A stretch of 64,000 nucleotides of DNA from positions 32,001 to 96,000 of the forward strand of contig CAWJQQ010000008.1 of the NCBI GenBank assembly GCA_963845065.1. The letters run 5' to 3'. The position numbers and the translations under genes are program-made. This document shows positions 11,146 to 22,354 of the stretch, one piece after another (within the stretch, counting starts at the first letter, position 1; each line of letters opens with the position of its first letter). Origin of the DNA: Nitrospirota bacterium. GTDB taxonomy: Bacteria > Nitrospirota > UBA9217. The notes beneath the pieces are model-generated. The model saw nothing but the letters and a program-made list of their open reading frames with translations, was not told where the DNA came from and did no database searches.

Positions 11146-11958
11146 ATGGCATTAGAAAAAAAAATTGCATTCTTGGGCGGCGGGAACATGGCAGAGGCAC
11201 TTATTAGGGGAATGATCGTATCTGGCACGTCAAAACCGGAGAATATCCTGGCTGCCGATGTTTCAACGGAGCGCCTTGAGCATCTCCAGAAGAACTATAG
11301 GGTCATTATTCAAAAAAAAAATAATGATGCAGTGCGCGAGGCAGGCATCATAATCCTGAGTGTGAAGCCACAGGTGATCGAGAAAGTTCTGGCAGAGATT
11401 GCCCCTGTTGTTGATGACAAGAAGCTCATTATTTCCATTGCTGCCGGCGTTTCCCTAGCCAAGATTGAGAATGCGCTCAAAAAAGGTTCCCGCGTTGTGA
11501 GGGTGATGCCGAATACTCCAGCGCTCGTTCTTGCGGGCGTGGCCGCACTCACTAGAGGGAACAGCGCAACGAATGAAGATGTTTCGTTCGCTAAGGTTAT
11601 ATTTGACTCAGTGGGACGGTCTGTAGTTGTGGACGAGAAACTTATGGACGCGGTGACTGGCCTGTCTGGAAGCGGGCCTGCATATGTGTTTATGATCATC
11701 GACGCACTCTCCGATGCTGGCGTCAAAGTGGGGCTTCCCCGCCAGCTGGCTCTCGAACTCGCTGCTCAGACAGTTTACGGATCGGCAAAAATGGTACTTG
11801 AGACGAAAGAGCACCCTGCCAAACTTCGTGACATGGTGACCTCTCCCGGAGGTACGACGATAGAGGGGCTCCATGCTCTGGAGAAAGGGAAACTCAGAGC
11901 TACGTTGATGAACGCGGTAGAGGCGGCAACGGCAAGGAGCAAGGAGCTGGGAAACTGA
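11146..11958 (+). CDS. proC: pyrroline-5-carboxylate reductase
   Basis: FLGGGNMA, RVMPNTP, TGLSGSGPAY and VTSPGGTT motifs. Confidence 0.97.
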   Translation: MALEKKIAFLGGGNMAEALIRGMIVSGTSKPENILAADVSTERLEHLQKNYRVIIQKKNNDAVREAGIIILSVKPQVIEKVLAEIAPVVDDKKLIISIAAGVSLAKIENALKKGSRVVRVMPNTPALVLAGVAALTRGNSATNEDVSFAKVIFDSVGRSVVVDEKLMDAVTGLSGSGPAYVFMIIDALSDAGVKVGLPRQLALELAAQTVYGSAKMVLETKEHPAKLRDMVTSPGGTTIEGLHALEKGKLRATLMNAVEAATARSKELGN

Positions 11959-12316
11959 CCTACTTCATGCTTGAAGGCAGGGGGGTTCAAAGGCGGTATC
12001 GGCAAGCACTTCGGTATCAAATTTAAGTTGCCGATCTTAATTGTCGTTGATCCAATTTAAGGGGCATTAATTTTGCCTCAGGTCCGCAGGCCAAAGCCGA
12101 TAGATGGAATCATATCATTACGCTGCTTGATATTGCAATCTCGACATCGCCCCTTCTTGGAGCAGGCATGCCCCCGGCCGGACTTAATCAGTCCGGCGAT
12201 TTCGAGGATAGACAAAAATTTTACCTGGTGATTTTCGTACAGGAACCACATATCTTTGGATTTCAAAGAGCATATGATAATTACACCGCGATGACATAAA
12301 AATCAACTGTACAGCA

Positions 12317-12350
12317 ATTCATCCCCATGGCTAAAATCCAGGGGCTTTCT
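12317..12350 (-). repeat. short palindromic element resembling an IS200/IS605 end (copy 1)
   Basis: Reverse complement AGAAAGCCCCTGGATTTTAGCCATGGGGATGAAT nearly matches 63116-63148. Confidence 0.65.
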
Positions 12351-12403
12351 TGCTGTTAAAGCGTCGGTAAAAATGAATGTCGAATTGCATTGTAGGAGGA
12401 ACG

Positions 12404-12700
12404 ATGTTCGTATTCGGAAACGTTATACTCGGGATTGCCAAGGTGCTTGATGTGTTGCTGAACATCTATATGTGGGTCATCATTATACGGGCGCTCATTT
12501 CTTGGGTGAACCCCGATCCCTATAATCCGATTGTGCAATTCCTGCAGCGTGCTACGGAGCCGGCCTTGCGTCCGCTGCGGAAACTTGTGCCGCCTTACAG
12601 GCTTGGGATCGATCTATCACCGCTCATCGCGATCCTCATCATTATGTTCCTACAGTTTGCTCTCATCAATACCCTGTATCGCATCGGCCATTCGATGTGA
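12404..12700 (+). CDS. yggT: YggT family membrane protein
   Basis: ISWVNPDPYNPIVQFL..ATEP and IDLSP motifs; AGGAGG RBS. Confidence 0.93.
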   Translation: MFVFGNVILGIAKVLDVLLNIYMWVIIIRALISWVNPDPYNPIVQFLQRATEPALRPLRKLVPPYRLGIDLSPLIAILIIMFLQFALINTLYRIGHSM

Positions 12701-12736
12701 TAGCCATCGGCAATGTCCGAGACTGGGGAGGCAATC

Positions 12737-13228
12737 ATGAGCAATGGGTTAAAAATAACGCCACTCGACATCCAGCAGAAGCGGTTTCATATCGGATTCC
12801 GCGGTTATGACCGCACGGAAGTCGAGATGTTTCTCGATCTCGTAAGGGATGAAATGGAGTCGCTCGTGCGTGAGGTGGCGGATCTGCGGGAGTTTCGACA
12901 GTCCTACGAACAGAGATTGCGCGAACTGACCGGGAAGGAAGAGACAGTCAAGAACACGCTGCTGATGACGCAAAGGTTGATCGAAGAGCTGAGGGACGGC
13001 GCTAAGAAAGAGGCGGCTCTCATCGTCAAGGACGCCGAGATCCGGAGTCATCAGATCATTAACAATACCCAACAAGAAAAGTTTCGACTCGAGACGGAGA
13101 ACCAGGAACTGAAGCGCCGTAAATACCACTTCCTCCAAGACATGAAGAAAGTAATCCAGATGCATCTGGAAATGGTCAATTTCGAGGAGGGTGGCGATGA
13201 AGTCAAAGAAGAGCCCGCCCCGGAATAA
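12737..13228 (+). CDS. divIVA: DivIVA domain protein
   Basis: ITPLDIQQKRF..GFRGYDRTEV followed by coiled coil. Confidence 0.9.
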   Translation: MSNGLKITPLDIQQKRFHIGFRGYDRTEVEMFLDLVRDEMESLVREVADLREFRQSYEQRLRELTGKEETVKNTLLMTQRLIEELRDGAKKEAALIVKDAEIRSHQIINNTQQEKFRLETENQELKRRKYHFLQDMKKVIQMHLEMVNFEEGGDEVKEEPAPE

Positions 13229-13511
13229 AGCACAAGAAGCATCGGTCACCTTCTCGATACGGATCCAACCCCGGGCATCTAAAAACGAGATCATGAGGAT
13301 GGAAGACGGCAGTGCCAAGATAAGACTCATTGCACCGCCGGTCGACGGAGCGGCCAATGAAGCGCTGGTGAAGTTCCTTGCCGATCAATTCGATATTAGC
13401 CGGTCCCATGTTGAAATCGTTTCTGGCCATTCTTCTAGAGACAAGATCGTGCGGATTGAGGGTGTCGGGAATGGTGAGGTGGAAAGGCTGTTGAATAGCA
13501 AGCAAAAATAA
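13191..13511 (+). CDS. yggU: DUF167 / YggU family protein
   Basis: IQPRASKN, APPVDGAANEAL and GHSSRDK motifs. Confidence 0.88.
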   Translation: MAMKSKKSPPRNKAQEASVTFSIRIQPRASKNEIMRMEDGSAKIRLIAPPVDGAANEALVKFLADQFDISRSHVEIVSGHSSRDKIVRIEGVGNGEVERLLNSKQK

Positions 13512-13627
13512 AGTATATTGTACATGGTATCGGAAAGCACTAAGTTTGTCCAAAAAAGCTTAAGAGTGATAAGATTCTAGGATCGAAGAATCGAGCCGTG
13601 CTAATCTGTGGTTCAATCTGACGAAAA

Positions 13628-13978
13628 GGGGGCGACAGGCTTCGACGGAGATCAAGAGGTCAGGAGTTGCATGCCGAGGTGCCATGGGGCTCGTAAAACA
13701 CATGGTAAATAACAACTGCCAATAACGAACTGGCACTCGCTGCCTAATCTAGGCTAGCGCGTCTCCCGGCTGGTGCCTGAACAGCTGACGAGACGTCAAA
13801 AAACAGGCTGGTCTTCCCGACGCCGTCCGGGGCGGGAGGATGAGAAAAACCGGGCTGGCCGATTCCGGAGCTTTCCCTGAGGCGCCGGATGAGGCGAGAA
13901 TTAAATGAGGGGAAAAGCATGTATGAGCTTCTGGTTGAAGGTTTTCGGACGCGGGTTCAATTCCCGCCGCCTCCACCA
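13628..13978 (+). ncRNA. ssrA: tmRNA; tag ORF 13718-13747 encodes ANNELALAA*
   Basis: 5' GGGGGCGACAGGCTTCGAC, 3' GGGTTCAATTCCCGCCGCCTCCACCA, internal tag ending LAA-stop. Confidence 0.97.
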
Positions 13979-14749
13979 GTTAAGTAATTGAAAAATAAGG
14001 ATTTTTTAGTAGTTTTGTAAATTTACTGAAAAAAATTTGTACTGGATTTAAGGCTGATTTCGAATGAGATCAGCCCTTTTTTTCGACAATACAACGGGTA
14101 TGATTAAATGACAAAGAAGATTTTTTGGATAGAAATATCGGTAAGACGTTAGATTTTATTAGACTGGTTGCCGCGGAACCATCGCTTGCGGTATTGATGA
14201 TAGGGCGTGGAACAAACTTTTTAAATGGAAGATACCAATGCCATAGTACAGCCAATATCATTGCTTTTGACTAATAAATTCAAATTGAAGTGTGCAATTA
14301 TTTCGATTCATAATAACTCGTGGCCTTCATCCTGTAGTCTACAACTGCGACCGTTTGACAAGATGTGCAACTTTGAAATTGAATAGTACAAAGACAATCA
14401 CTTATTAAAGTAATTTATCACTCATGGCGCAAAGCCTATGATCTCTCCCCGGGAACTCGTAAAAGATATGACTTCTTCGAGGTCGCTTTCCATGATCTCT
14501 TCTGCAAACATGACCAGTTTTATGTCCAATGCTTCTCATTTTGAAGAAGAATATAGGAGATTCGATACTGCACGTAGTTAATCATCAGACCCATCACCAG
14601 GGCATGATCTCCGTTTATTTCGATATGCCGAAGATAGACAATGATTTCAGCGGGCTGTTGCAACTCGTCTAAAGACAAATTCTCCCGCCCACCCCCTGGC
14701 ATTCTTGATCGCCATGTTCTGGTAATCTGCAATCAACCGCAGCTTCAGC

Positions 14750-16171
14750 TCACTTTATCGGCGGTATATACGGGATATACTGCGCAAAGAGCCAGCACAG
14801 GAAAAAAACGACCGGTATGTGTATAAACATCTGAAGCGTAGTGTATCCTACGAGGTCACGCGCCTTGATCTGCAGAATGCCGAGAAGCGGCAGCATCCAG
14901 AAGGGATTCAGGAGGTTCGGAATCGCCTCAGCTGCATTATAGACCTGCACGACCCAGCCCAGATTGACCTGATGCCCGATAGCCGCCTGCAGTATATAGG
15001 GCGCTTCAATGACCCATTTGCTTCCTCCCGACGGAATGAATACACCCAGAAGCGACGAATAAATCGCCACCAGGAGAGGATACGTCCCTTTGGTCGTAAT
15101 GGCGACAAAAAGATCGGCCAGCCATTTGGTGATGCCCGTTCCGGCGATCATCCCGAATATCACGGCATAGAATGGGAACTGGATCAAGACACCGCCGGTT
15201 GACGGTACGGACTGGCTTACAGCGCGCAGAAATCTTTTGGGTCTCCAATGCAGCAGCATCCCCAGAGTTATGAAGATCAGATTGTACGTATTCAGGTCAA
15301 GGGCGGCAAGAGCTCCAGTCGGGGATTTCTCGAATACGTCGACGAGATACCATACGAAGAGTGCCGCGATCAGGACGGTCAGAATGGGGCTGTATTCGAG
15401 CCATTCACCTGGCTTCTGCCTGGGTTCGAGGCTCATGTCGACGGGCTCGAACTTGATGCCGAAATCCTCCGCAGTCTTTGCATTTTCCGGTGAGGGGGCG
15501 GACCAGTATGCAACGGCCGTGGAAACAAATATCAGGGTCAGGGCCATCAACAAACTCGGCCACATGAAAAGGGTCTGGGTGAGCGGTATCAGGCCGCTGA
15601 TCTCGAAAAGCTTCGGAGGGATGGCCCCTTTTGTGGCCATCATAAGTGCTGCCGACGAGGATAGCCCGAGTGCCCACACGGCGCCGAGGCCAAGGTATGC
15701 TGCCGCGCCAGCCGCACGATAGTCCATGCCTTTCACCCGATGAGACAGTTCCCGGACCAGAAGACCACTGAAAATAAGGCTGAATCCCCAGGAGATGAGA
15801 GACGTTACCATTGAGAAAACCGCGACATAGGCAACGGCACCGCGGCCGGTTTTCGGTACCGAAGCAAGCAGCTGAACTAACCGGAATATGGGCGGAGAGG
15901 TCGCAACAACAAACCCGCCGATAATTATCATCGCCATCTGCATGGTAAAGGGGATCAGCACCCAGAAGGATTTGCCGCCTTCAAGGGCCATCTTTGCCGG
16001 ACTTTCGCCTATCAGAAGGCCAAAACAAAAAACAACGACGATGCCAAGAAGCGCGAACATCAATGCATCGGGGAACCATTTCTCGCTCCATTCCGCAAGC
16101 CGGAGCCCCGTTTTCTCCAGTAGTAACACTTTTTGCTCAGTTCCTGTTGCTTCGTACTTTTCCTTTGCCAT
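14750..16171 (-). CDS. atoE: short-chain fatty acid transporter (AtoE family)
   Basis: Polytopic protein with FTMQM, QFPFYA, FIPSGGSKW and NLLNPFWMLP motifs. Confidence 0.85.
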   Translation of the reverse strand: MAKEKYEATGTEQKVLLLEKTGLRLAEWSEKWFPDALMFALLGIVVVFCFGLLIGESPAKMALEGGKSFWVLIPFTMQMAMIIIGGFVVATSPPIFRLVQLLASVPKTGRGAVAYVAVFSMVTSLISWGFSLIFSGLLVRELSHRVKGMDYRAAGAAAYLGLGAVWALGLSSSAALMMATKGAIPPKLFEISGLIPLTQTLFMWPSLLMALTLIFVSTAVAYWSAPSPENAKTAEDFGIKFEPVDMSLEPRQKPGEWLEYSPILTVLIAALFVWYLVDVFEKSPTGALAALDLNTYNLIFITLGMLLHWRPKRFLRAVSQSVPSTGGVLIQFPFYAVIFGMIAGTGITKWLADLFVAITTKGTYPLLVAIYSSLLGVFIPSGGSKWVIEAPYILQAAIGHQVNLGWVVQVYNAAEAIPNLLNPFWMLPLLGILQIKARDLVGYTTLQMFIHIPVVFFLCWLFAQYIPYIPPIK

Positions 16172-16403
16172 GGTACTCCTCCTTTCGAATGGACTCACAT
16201 ACAGATGCCGTATGGTATCCGATTGAATTGAATCTTCCCGCAGCAGCAGGGCTTTACCACTCTCTAATTATAACTCCTTTCATAGTCCTCTATTAAAATT
16301 ATACTCCGATGCATCATTCCGTCAGAGAAGGAGGAGGATATCCTGCAGTTGATTATGGCATGCTGACTACGATATAATAAATATATAAAGATGCATCATA
16401 TTC

Positions 16404-18413
16404 ATGGTGAAATCAGCTGCACAGGAGCGCTATCTGACTTCCGATCGGTCGAAAGAAAGGGCCTTGGCACAACTGCTCTGGCAACCCTCAGCAGAGCGGA
16501 TAAAGAATGCCAACATGACCAGATTCATGCAGTTCGTGAACCGCCGCTACAACAAGCGCTATACCGACTACTTTGATCTCTATGACTGGTCGATCAATTA
16601 TTTGAGTGACTTTTGGTCCTCTGTCTGGGATTTTGTCGAGATCAAGGCTTCCCGTCAGTATGAAAAGGCCGTGACTGACTTGAATAAATTTCCCGGGACC
16701 GAGTGGTTTCCCGGTGCGAAGCTGAATTTTGCAGAAAACCTTTTGCGGTTCAGGGATGACCAAGCGGCATTTGTTTTTAAATCCGAAACCCGTCCATCGG
16801 TAAGCATCACCTATGCAGAGCTATATAAATCCGTTGCCCGTCTTACCGGCGCTTTAAGGAAACAGGAGGTAACAAGGAAAGACCGCGTTGCAGCGTATAT
16901 GCCGAACATGACCGAAACGGCCGCCGCTATGCTTGCCGCGACCAGTATAGGAGCTGCCTGGGCAGCCTGCGGATCAGAGCTGCGGGTACAGGCGGTCATT
17001 GACAGGCTGGGCCAGATACAGCCTAAGGTCCTGTTCACTGTCGACGGGTATCGCTACAAGGACAGGACGTTTACGATGCTGCCCGACGTGAAGGCCGTGG
17101 TGGAAGCCATCCCGTCAATAGAGAAAGTCATTGTTCTTCCGTACATCGGAGCGCCCGGCATAGGCGCCGTACCTCGATCAACGCTCTACGAAGATTTTCT
17201 CTCAAAGGACGAAGAGATCGCATTCGAGCAGGTCCCTTTCGATCATCCCGTGTACATCATGTTTTCCTCGGGCACCACGGGCAAACCGAAGTGCATCGTC
17301 CAGGGTGTCGGCGGGATACTAATCAACCACCTGAAGGAGCTTATTCTCCACGCCGATTTGAAAAGAGATGACAGGATCATCTATTTGACGGCGCCCACGT
17401 GGATGATGTGGAACTGGCTCGTGAGCGCGCTCGCAGCCGGTTCAACGATCATCCTCTACGACGGAAATCCCGTTTATCCTGACGTAGGTGCGATGTGGAG
17501 ACTGATAGATGAGGAACAGATCACCTTCTTCGGGACGAGCGCAACGTATATTAATCTGTTGAAGCGCGAAAACTTCCGCCCGAAGGAACGCTTCGACCTC
17601 TCTTCTCTCAAGACGATAGGTCAGACCGGCTCCCCCCTGTCTGCGGACGGGTTCGCCTTTGTGTATCAGGCGATCAAAGAAGACGTCCATTTTAATTCTC
17701 TCTCCGGAGGCACGGATATCAACGGTTGTTTTGTCCTCGGCTCTCCCATCCTCCCTGTATTTGCAGGGCAATTGCAGTCCGCCGCGCTCGGCATGAAAAT
17801 AAAAGCCTATGATGAAAAAGGAACGCCTGTGTATGATAAAAAAGCGGAGCTCGTGTGCGAAGCTCCGGCCCCTTCCATGCCTCTTTATTTTTTAAACGAT
17901 CCCGAGGGTGGAAAGTATCTGACCGCCTATTTCCACAATTATTCCCATGTATGGCGCCATGGAGATTACATAGAGTATCACAGCGACACGCGCGGCATCA
18001 CCTTCCTCGGGCGTTCTGATGCCGTACTGAAACCCTCAGGCGTCCGCATAGGCACGTCGGAGATTTACAATATTGTCGAGACATTTCATGAAATAGCCGA
18101 TTGCGTGGCCGTGGGGCAGAACCGGGGAAATGACCAGAGGATCTTGCTTTTTGTAAAACTTACCCCGGGCTCGACTCTTACCGATGAGCTCAAGGAAAGG
18201 ATTAAAAAGGCGCTAAGGGAAAGGGAGTCGGCCCGGCATGCGCCGGATTTAATCCTCGAAGCGCCCGACATCCCGTACACCTTCAGCATGAAGAAAGTGG
18301 AAAGCGCCGTATCCAACATTATCAACGGTAGGCCTGTTTCGAATCGGGAGGCCTTGATCAACCCTCATTCACTCGATTACTTTGAGCAGATACTTCCTGA
18401 TCTTCAAAAGTAA
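16404..18413 (+). CDS. acetoacetate--CoA ligase
   Basis: WFPGAKLNFAENLL, MFSSGTTGKPKCIV, WMMWNWL, SGGTD and GRSDAVLKPSGVRIGT motifs. Confidence 0.92.
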   Translation: MVKSAAQERYLTSDRSKERALAQLLWQPSAERIKNANMTRFMQFVNRRYNKRYTDYFDLYDWSINYLSDFWSSVWDFVEIKASRQYEKAVTDLNKFPGTEWFPGAKLNFAENLLRFRDDQAAFVFKSETRPSVSITYAELYKSVARLTGALRKQEVTRKDRVAAYMPNMTETAAAMLAATSIGAAWAACGSELRVQAVIDRLGQIQPKVLFTVDGYRYKDRTFTMLPDVKAVVEAIPSIEKVIVLPYIGAPGIGAVPRSTLYEDFLSKDEEIAFEQVPFDHPVYIMFSSGTTGKPKCIVQGVGGILINHLKELILHADLKRDDRIIYLTAPTWMMWNWLVSALAAGSTIILYDGNPVYPDVGAMWRLIDEEQITFFGTSATYINLLKRENFRPKERFDLSSLKTIGQTGSPLSADGFAFVYQAIKEDVHFNSLSGGTDINGCFVLGSPILPVFAGQLQSAALGMKIKAYDEKGTPVYDKKAELVCEAPAPSMPLYFLNDPEGGKYLTAYFHNYSHVWRHGDYIEYHSDTRGITFLGRSDAVLKPSGVRIGTSEIYNIVETFHEIADCVAVGQNRGNDQRILLFVKLTPGSTLTDELKERIKKALRERESARHAPDLILEAPDIPYTFSMKKVESAVSNIINGRPVSNREALINPHSLDYFEQILPDLQK

Positions 18414-18440
18414 AGAGACGATGTCTGAATAGGAGGATGT

Positions 18441-18917
18441 ATGGATAATGCTGTCGTGTATGTATCCCGTGTACGCATAGAACGGGAGAAAGGCCCGATT
18501 CGAAAAGCATGGCTGCCTGCGGAAGAGGAGCCCATCGTCTTCGGCGTTCACTCGGAAGTTGCCGAACATTATAAGGTCGATCCGGCAAAAAACGAGCCTC
18601 ACGCCACAACGCTCGATTATGTCGTTGCTGCCGCGGCGGGCTGACTGACCGGCACCCTGGGCGGCGCGCTGGAGGCGCGCGGAATATCCGCAGATGGCGG
18701 AAGACTCATTTCAGAAGCACGGGGCGAAATCGCGCTGGACGGCAAGACTCTTGTAATCAAGCGGATCCATGTGCAGTATCGTCTGAAGCTCAAGCCGACT
18801 GATCGGGAAATCGCGGAACGGGTGCATGGATTCCATAAGGAGCATTGCCCCTTGGCGAGGACCATCGGCGGCTGCGTGGAGATAACGACTTCGCTCGAGA
18901 TGGTCGATATCGGGTGA
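18441..18917 (+). CDS. OsmC-like protein with in-frame UGA (probable selenocysteine) at 18642-18644
   Basis: Frame continues through TGA: ...DYVVAAAAG-U-LTGTLGGALEARG...HKEHCPLARTI...DIG*; GC hairpin just downstream. Confidence 0.85.
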
Positions 18918-19860
18918 TTGGTCCGATACTGTTCACAAAACCTTGTTGTTACTTTATTGATCATCACCGGATAAAACGATTCAGGCGATTTTATGTTGGA
19001 AAAAGATGTTCAATTTATGACTGGGCGCGGCAGGAACTTTCTTTGGCCTCCCAAGCATCGGCACTCGCCTGACGGATTTTCCTGATTGCTGTCGCTGTCG
19101 ACTCAATGTTTATCAGCGTTGGAAGCCATGCCTCAGAAACCAGGGGTACCAAAGTTTTATACTGATTGCGCAAGGTTTCAGCTGTTAATAAGCGCGGTGT
19201 TCCCGGCGTGAAAGTTATTCTAAGGGCAAAAGAAAATCCGCAACGTGGAATAAATGCCTTTATTTTTTTATAATAGCCAACGCAATTGCCAAACCCACTG
19301 CTGATGCGCACTTCATGCAAGACATAGTGCGTTGGTTTGCAATATTATTATTAGTGCTATTCATTGTTCCTTTTATTCGTCGGAAAGAACGCTGACTATT
19401 TCATTATACGTGCGATATTTTCTGAAGATTTACCACGTTTTTTTATTTAGCAAACGCTTCGAATGGATCGATGAAAATTGCTCCCTGGAACGGAGAGTTC
19501 ATATGCATTTTTCACCTAGAATTCTGCATTGAATTTTTGTCAACACGACTGCAAGCTTGTAGGTGAAGGTCGGATGGCCAGAATTTTTAGCAAGGTGAAG
19601 ACTTCTGTTTGAATTATGAACATAATGATATGGTTTTTCTGGCAACAAGAACTTTCAGAAGTTGATGAATTGCACTTCATTAAAAAATATCAATTTAATT
19701 TACATTCTGTATTTATTGACCTAACAAAAATACCATTCTTTATCCTTCCTATATTATTTGATTTACGATATACTTTTTTACCAAAAAAAGTAATCACTTT
19801 TCTCTAGAGCAATCGTCATAATAGAATATAAGTTTATTGCAATGAATTATCGAGGACTTC

Positions 19861-21381
19861 ATGCCTTTCTGTCCAAATCCTAGTTGCAAACATAGACAAC
19901 GCTTAGGAAAACCAGCTGAGTTTTTAAAGGGAACAACAACGTGCTCTGACTGCGGTAGCACGTTGTCAGATACTCTTCCACTTTTTATTAATACTGTCAG
20001 TGTGCCAGAAAAAATAGTTGGATGGACATGTCCAGCATGTTTTTCAATCAATCATAACGATATATCACTATGCTCATCATGTGGCTATGACTCTAACAAA
20101 CCCTTCAAAGGTTTTATCGATTTACTCGCAGCGAAGAATATGCCAGGATTTGTGAAACCGCCCGATAATTTATCAGTTGATAAGATTGATTTTCCAAAAG
20201 TAAATTATTGGACTATTACAGATATTGCTCTAGGAATTTCAATTCTTCTGATCTTGAAATTAATTTTCTTAGTATTTCAGAATGCAGATGCTTTACGTTA
20301 TAGGCCATGGCTTTCAACACATATCTCGTTTTCTCTTGAGTTAGTGATGCTGTGTTCTCTTTTTGCATACTCCATTCATATTTGTAAAAAACGAGAATAT
20401 TGGCCATTAGTTCATTCACTACAATTAGCTAAGCTGGCAAGAGAATTACTTAAAGGCCTCCTATATATATTTCTCATGGGTTTGTTTATAGGACCTGTCA
20501 TAATATTAGTTAAGTATTTATTTAAGATTAATCAAACCACAGCACCTCTCGTACAATTTACCCAAAATGATCCGAACAGTTATTTAACCATACCCCTACT
20601 GATTATAGCCATTAGCATCGGTCCAATTGTAGAGGAATTCTTTTTCAGAGGATTTCTCTTTAATGCACTAAAATCTCGTCTTCCAATATGGATAGCGGTT
20701 TTCGTGCAGGCAATATTGTTTTCTGCTATGCATAATGATGATATGATGCATAGCTTTGGAGTCTTTCTTTTCGGTATCGCTTTAGCCATAATCTATGAAC
20801 ATAAGAAAGACCTTCTCTCACCAATCGTTGTTCATAGTCTCGGTAATGCTTTATTGGTAATACCATTGCTAATATTGGCCATTCAGAATCACCACGTGTC
20901 TTCCACAACTTGGGATGAAGCTCAAATGAATCCTTCATGGATGTCACAACCAAATGAAGGTTTGCTGCAACAAAAAGATGGTCAGAGTCAAGTGCAGTTT
21001 GCAATTGATACATGGGGCAGCAAGGGGAAAAGGCAATGGAAGAAGGAAGTGATGGCGTTCAATGCCGTTCTAAATTATTTCCCGAATGATCGTGCAGCTT
21101 GTGCGAAGGCGATGAATGGCATCGTGGAAATTTATGCTGAACACCTGCGAGACTACAGAAGGGCGATTGTAAAAGCTGACATAATCCTATCGCAATATTC
21201 AGACCAGCGTGACCAACTTTCGCATGCTTTATTGGAAAAAGCTTACGCATTCATGATGTTGAAAGATTTCGATAATGCTAGAAAATCATATCAGACAGTT
21301 CTCAACGAGTTTCATGATTACCAAAAAAACGTTGACGTGGCAATAGCTGGAATTAAATGGATCGATTACTTGGAGAAATAA
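19861..21381 (+). CDS. CPBP (CAAX/Abi) intramembrane protease with N-terminal Zn ribbons and C-terminal TPR-like region
   Basis: EEFFFRG, FSAMH and HSLGN motifs; CPNPSC/CSDC/CPAC/CSSC pairs; helical repeat tail. Confidence 0.8.
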   Translation: MPFCPNPSCKHRQRLGKPAEFLKGTTTCSDCGSTLSDTLPLFINTVSVPEKIVGWTCPACFSINHNDISLCSSCGYDSNKPFKGFIDLLAAKNMPGFVKPPDNLSVDKIDFPKVNYWTITDIALGISILLILKLIFLVFQNADALRYRPWLSTHISFSLELVMLCSLFAYSIHICKKREYWPLVHSLQLAKLARELLKGLLYIFLMGLFIGPVIILVKYLFKINQTTAPLVQFTQNDPNSYLTIPLLIIAISIGPIVEEFFFRGFLFNALKSRLPIWIAVFVQAILFSAMHNDDMMHSFGVFLFGIALAIIYEHKKDLLSPIVVHSLGNALLVIPLLILAIQNHHVSSTTWDEAQMNPSWMSQPNEGLLQQKDGQSQVQFAIDTWGSKGKRQWKKEVMAFNAVLNYFPNDRAACAKAMNGIVEIYAEHLRDYRRAIVKADIILSQYSDQRDQLSHALLEKAYAFMMLKDFDNARKSYQTVLNEFHDYQKNVDVAIAGIKWIDYLEK

Positions 21382-21825
21382 ATAGAAAGAGTGCTCATTA
21401 TAAACATGTAGCCGTAATGAGATTACAATGCAAGACGGTCTCACCAGGGTTGGTTTTTTTTGCAGTGCATGATGCAATCGGTATTTATGGCCCTCGTCAC
21501 AAAATCAGCAGTGCAGACTTGTAGGTGTAGGTCAGAGAGCCATAATCGCCAGGAAGATGAAGAATTTTTTTTGAAGTTTTCAGTCAATTGTCCATACTAT
21601 ACTAAACGTTAGTTGCATCTTTTGAAAAATGTAGTTTTCATTTCAGAGCTATTACAGCTGCCCCAAAAATCCCCATTAGACGTCTTATTTCAATTTCGTT
21701 GACATTAAGCTGAATCAGGCATATCTTCGTAAAAGAGCTACTGTTGCTCAATCCAGTTGTTGGGCTCATCACTTGACGGTTAACTTATATGCTGCGGGCA
21801 TTTCGCACGCCTGATGTGGAATAGC

Positions 21826-22245
21826 ATGAATAAGAGTTCGACGATTCTGAAATGGTTATTATTTGCTGGAGCGATCTATTTTTTGGCAGTCTCGATCGCG
21901 CATATGCTTGGGTTTAAGGTCCCGCTGCTCTTTATTTATTACAATGTACCTTCATATGGATACCAGGACAGGATTATTTCCTTTTTGTCTTTTGGCTGGT
22001 CGGTCTTTCTGTTTTCGGCTTCACGTGACCCTATGAAAAATCGTTCGCCAATCAAGGCAATTCTCATCGCGGGACTCGCCGCGGTCTTTGGTTTGCAAAT
22101 GATAAACAGCACCACAGATTTTTCTGTGTTGTCGCCGGCTATTCATCCCAAGATGTTCGAGATGGAGACATTCGGTTTGAGTATTTACGTTGGCGTATTG
22201 ATCTATTTTTATTTTCTCTCAACAAGAGAGAATACGGATCGGTAA
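21826..22245 (+). CDS. hypothetical membrane protein (about 4 TM)
   Basis: Hydrophobic ORF downstream of a sigma-70-like promoter (TTGACA at 21699). Confidence 0.7.
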   Translation: MNKSSTILKWLLFAGAIYFLAVSIAHMLGFKVPLLFIYYNVPSYGYQDRIISFLSFGWSVFLFSASRDPMKNRSPIKAILIAGLAAVFGLQMINSTTDFSVLSPAIHPKMFEMETFGLSIYVGVLIYFYFLSTRENTDR

Positions 22246-22354
22246 TCAGTACATCCTGTATCAAACGAATTTCCATTCTTGGCAATTGTGTAATTTACAT
22301 CTAGTTTTCTGCAATCATCTACTCGTTCGAGTCCAGCATGGGGAGCCAGAGCCA

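Noticed and set aside
12078..12266. Minus ORF with faint Rrf2-like segment (KFLSILEIAGLIKSGRG)
   Set aside because: Too short and degenerate to support a call.
13749..13976. 75-aa minus-strand ORF MEAAGIEPAS...
   Set aside because: Antisense shadow of tmRNA.
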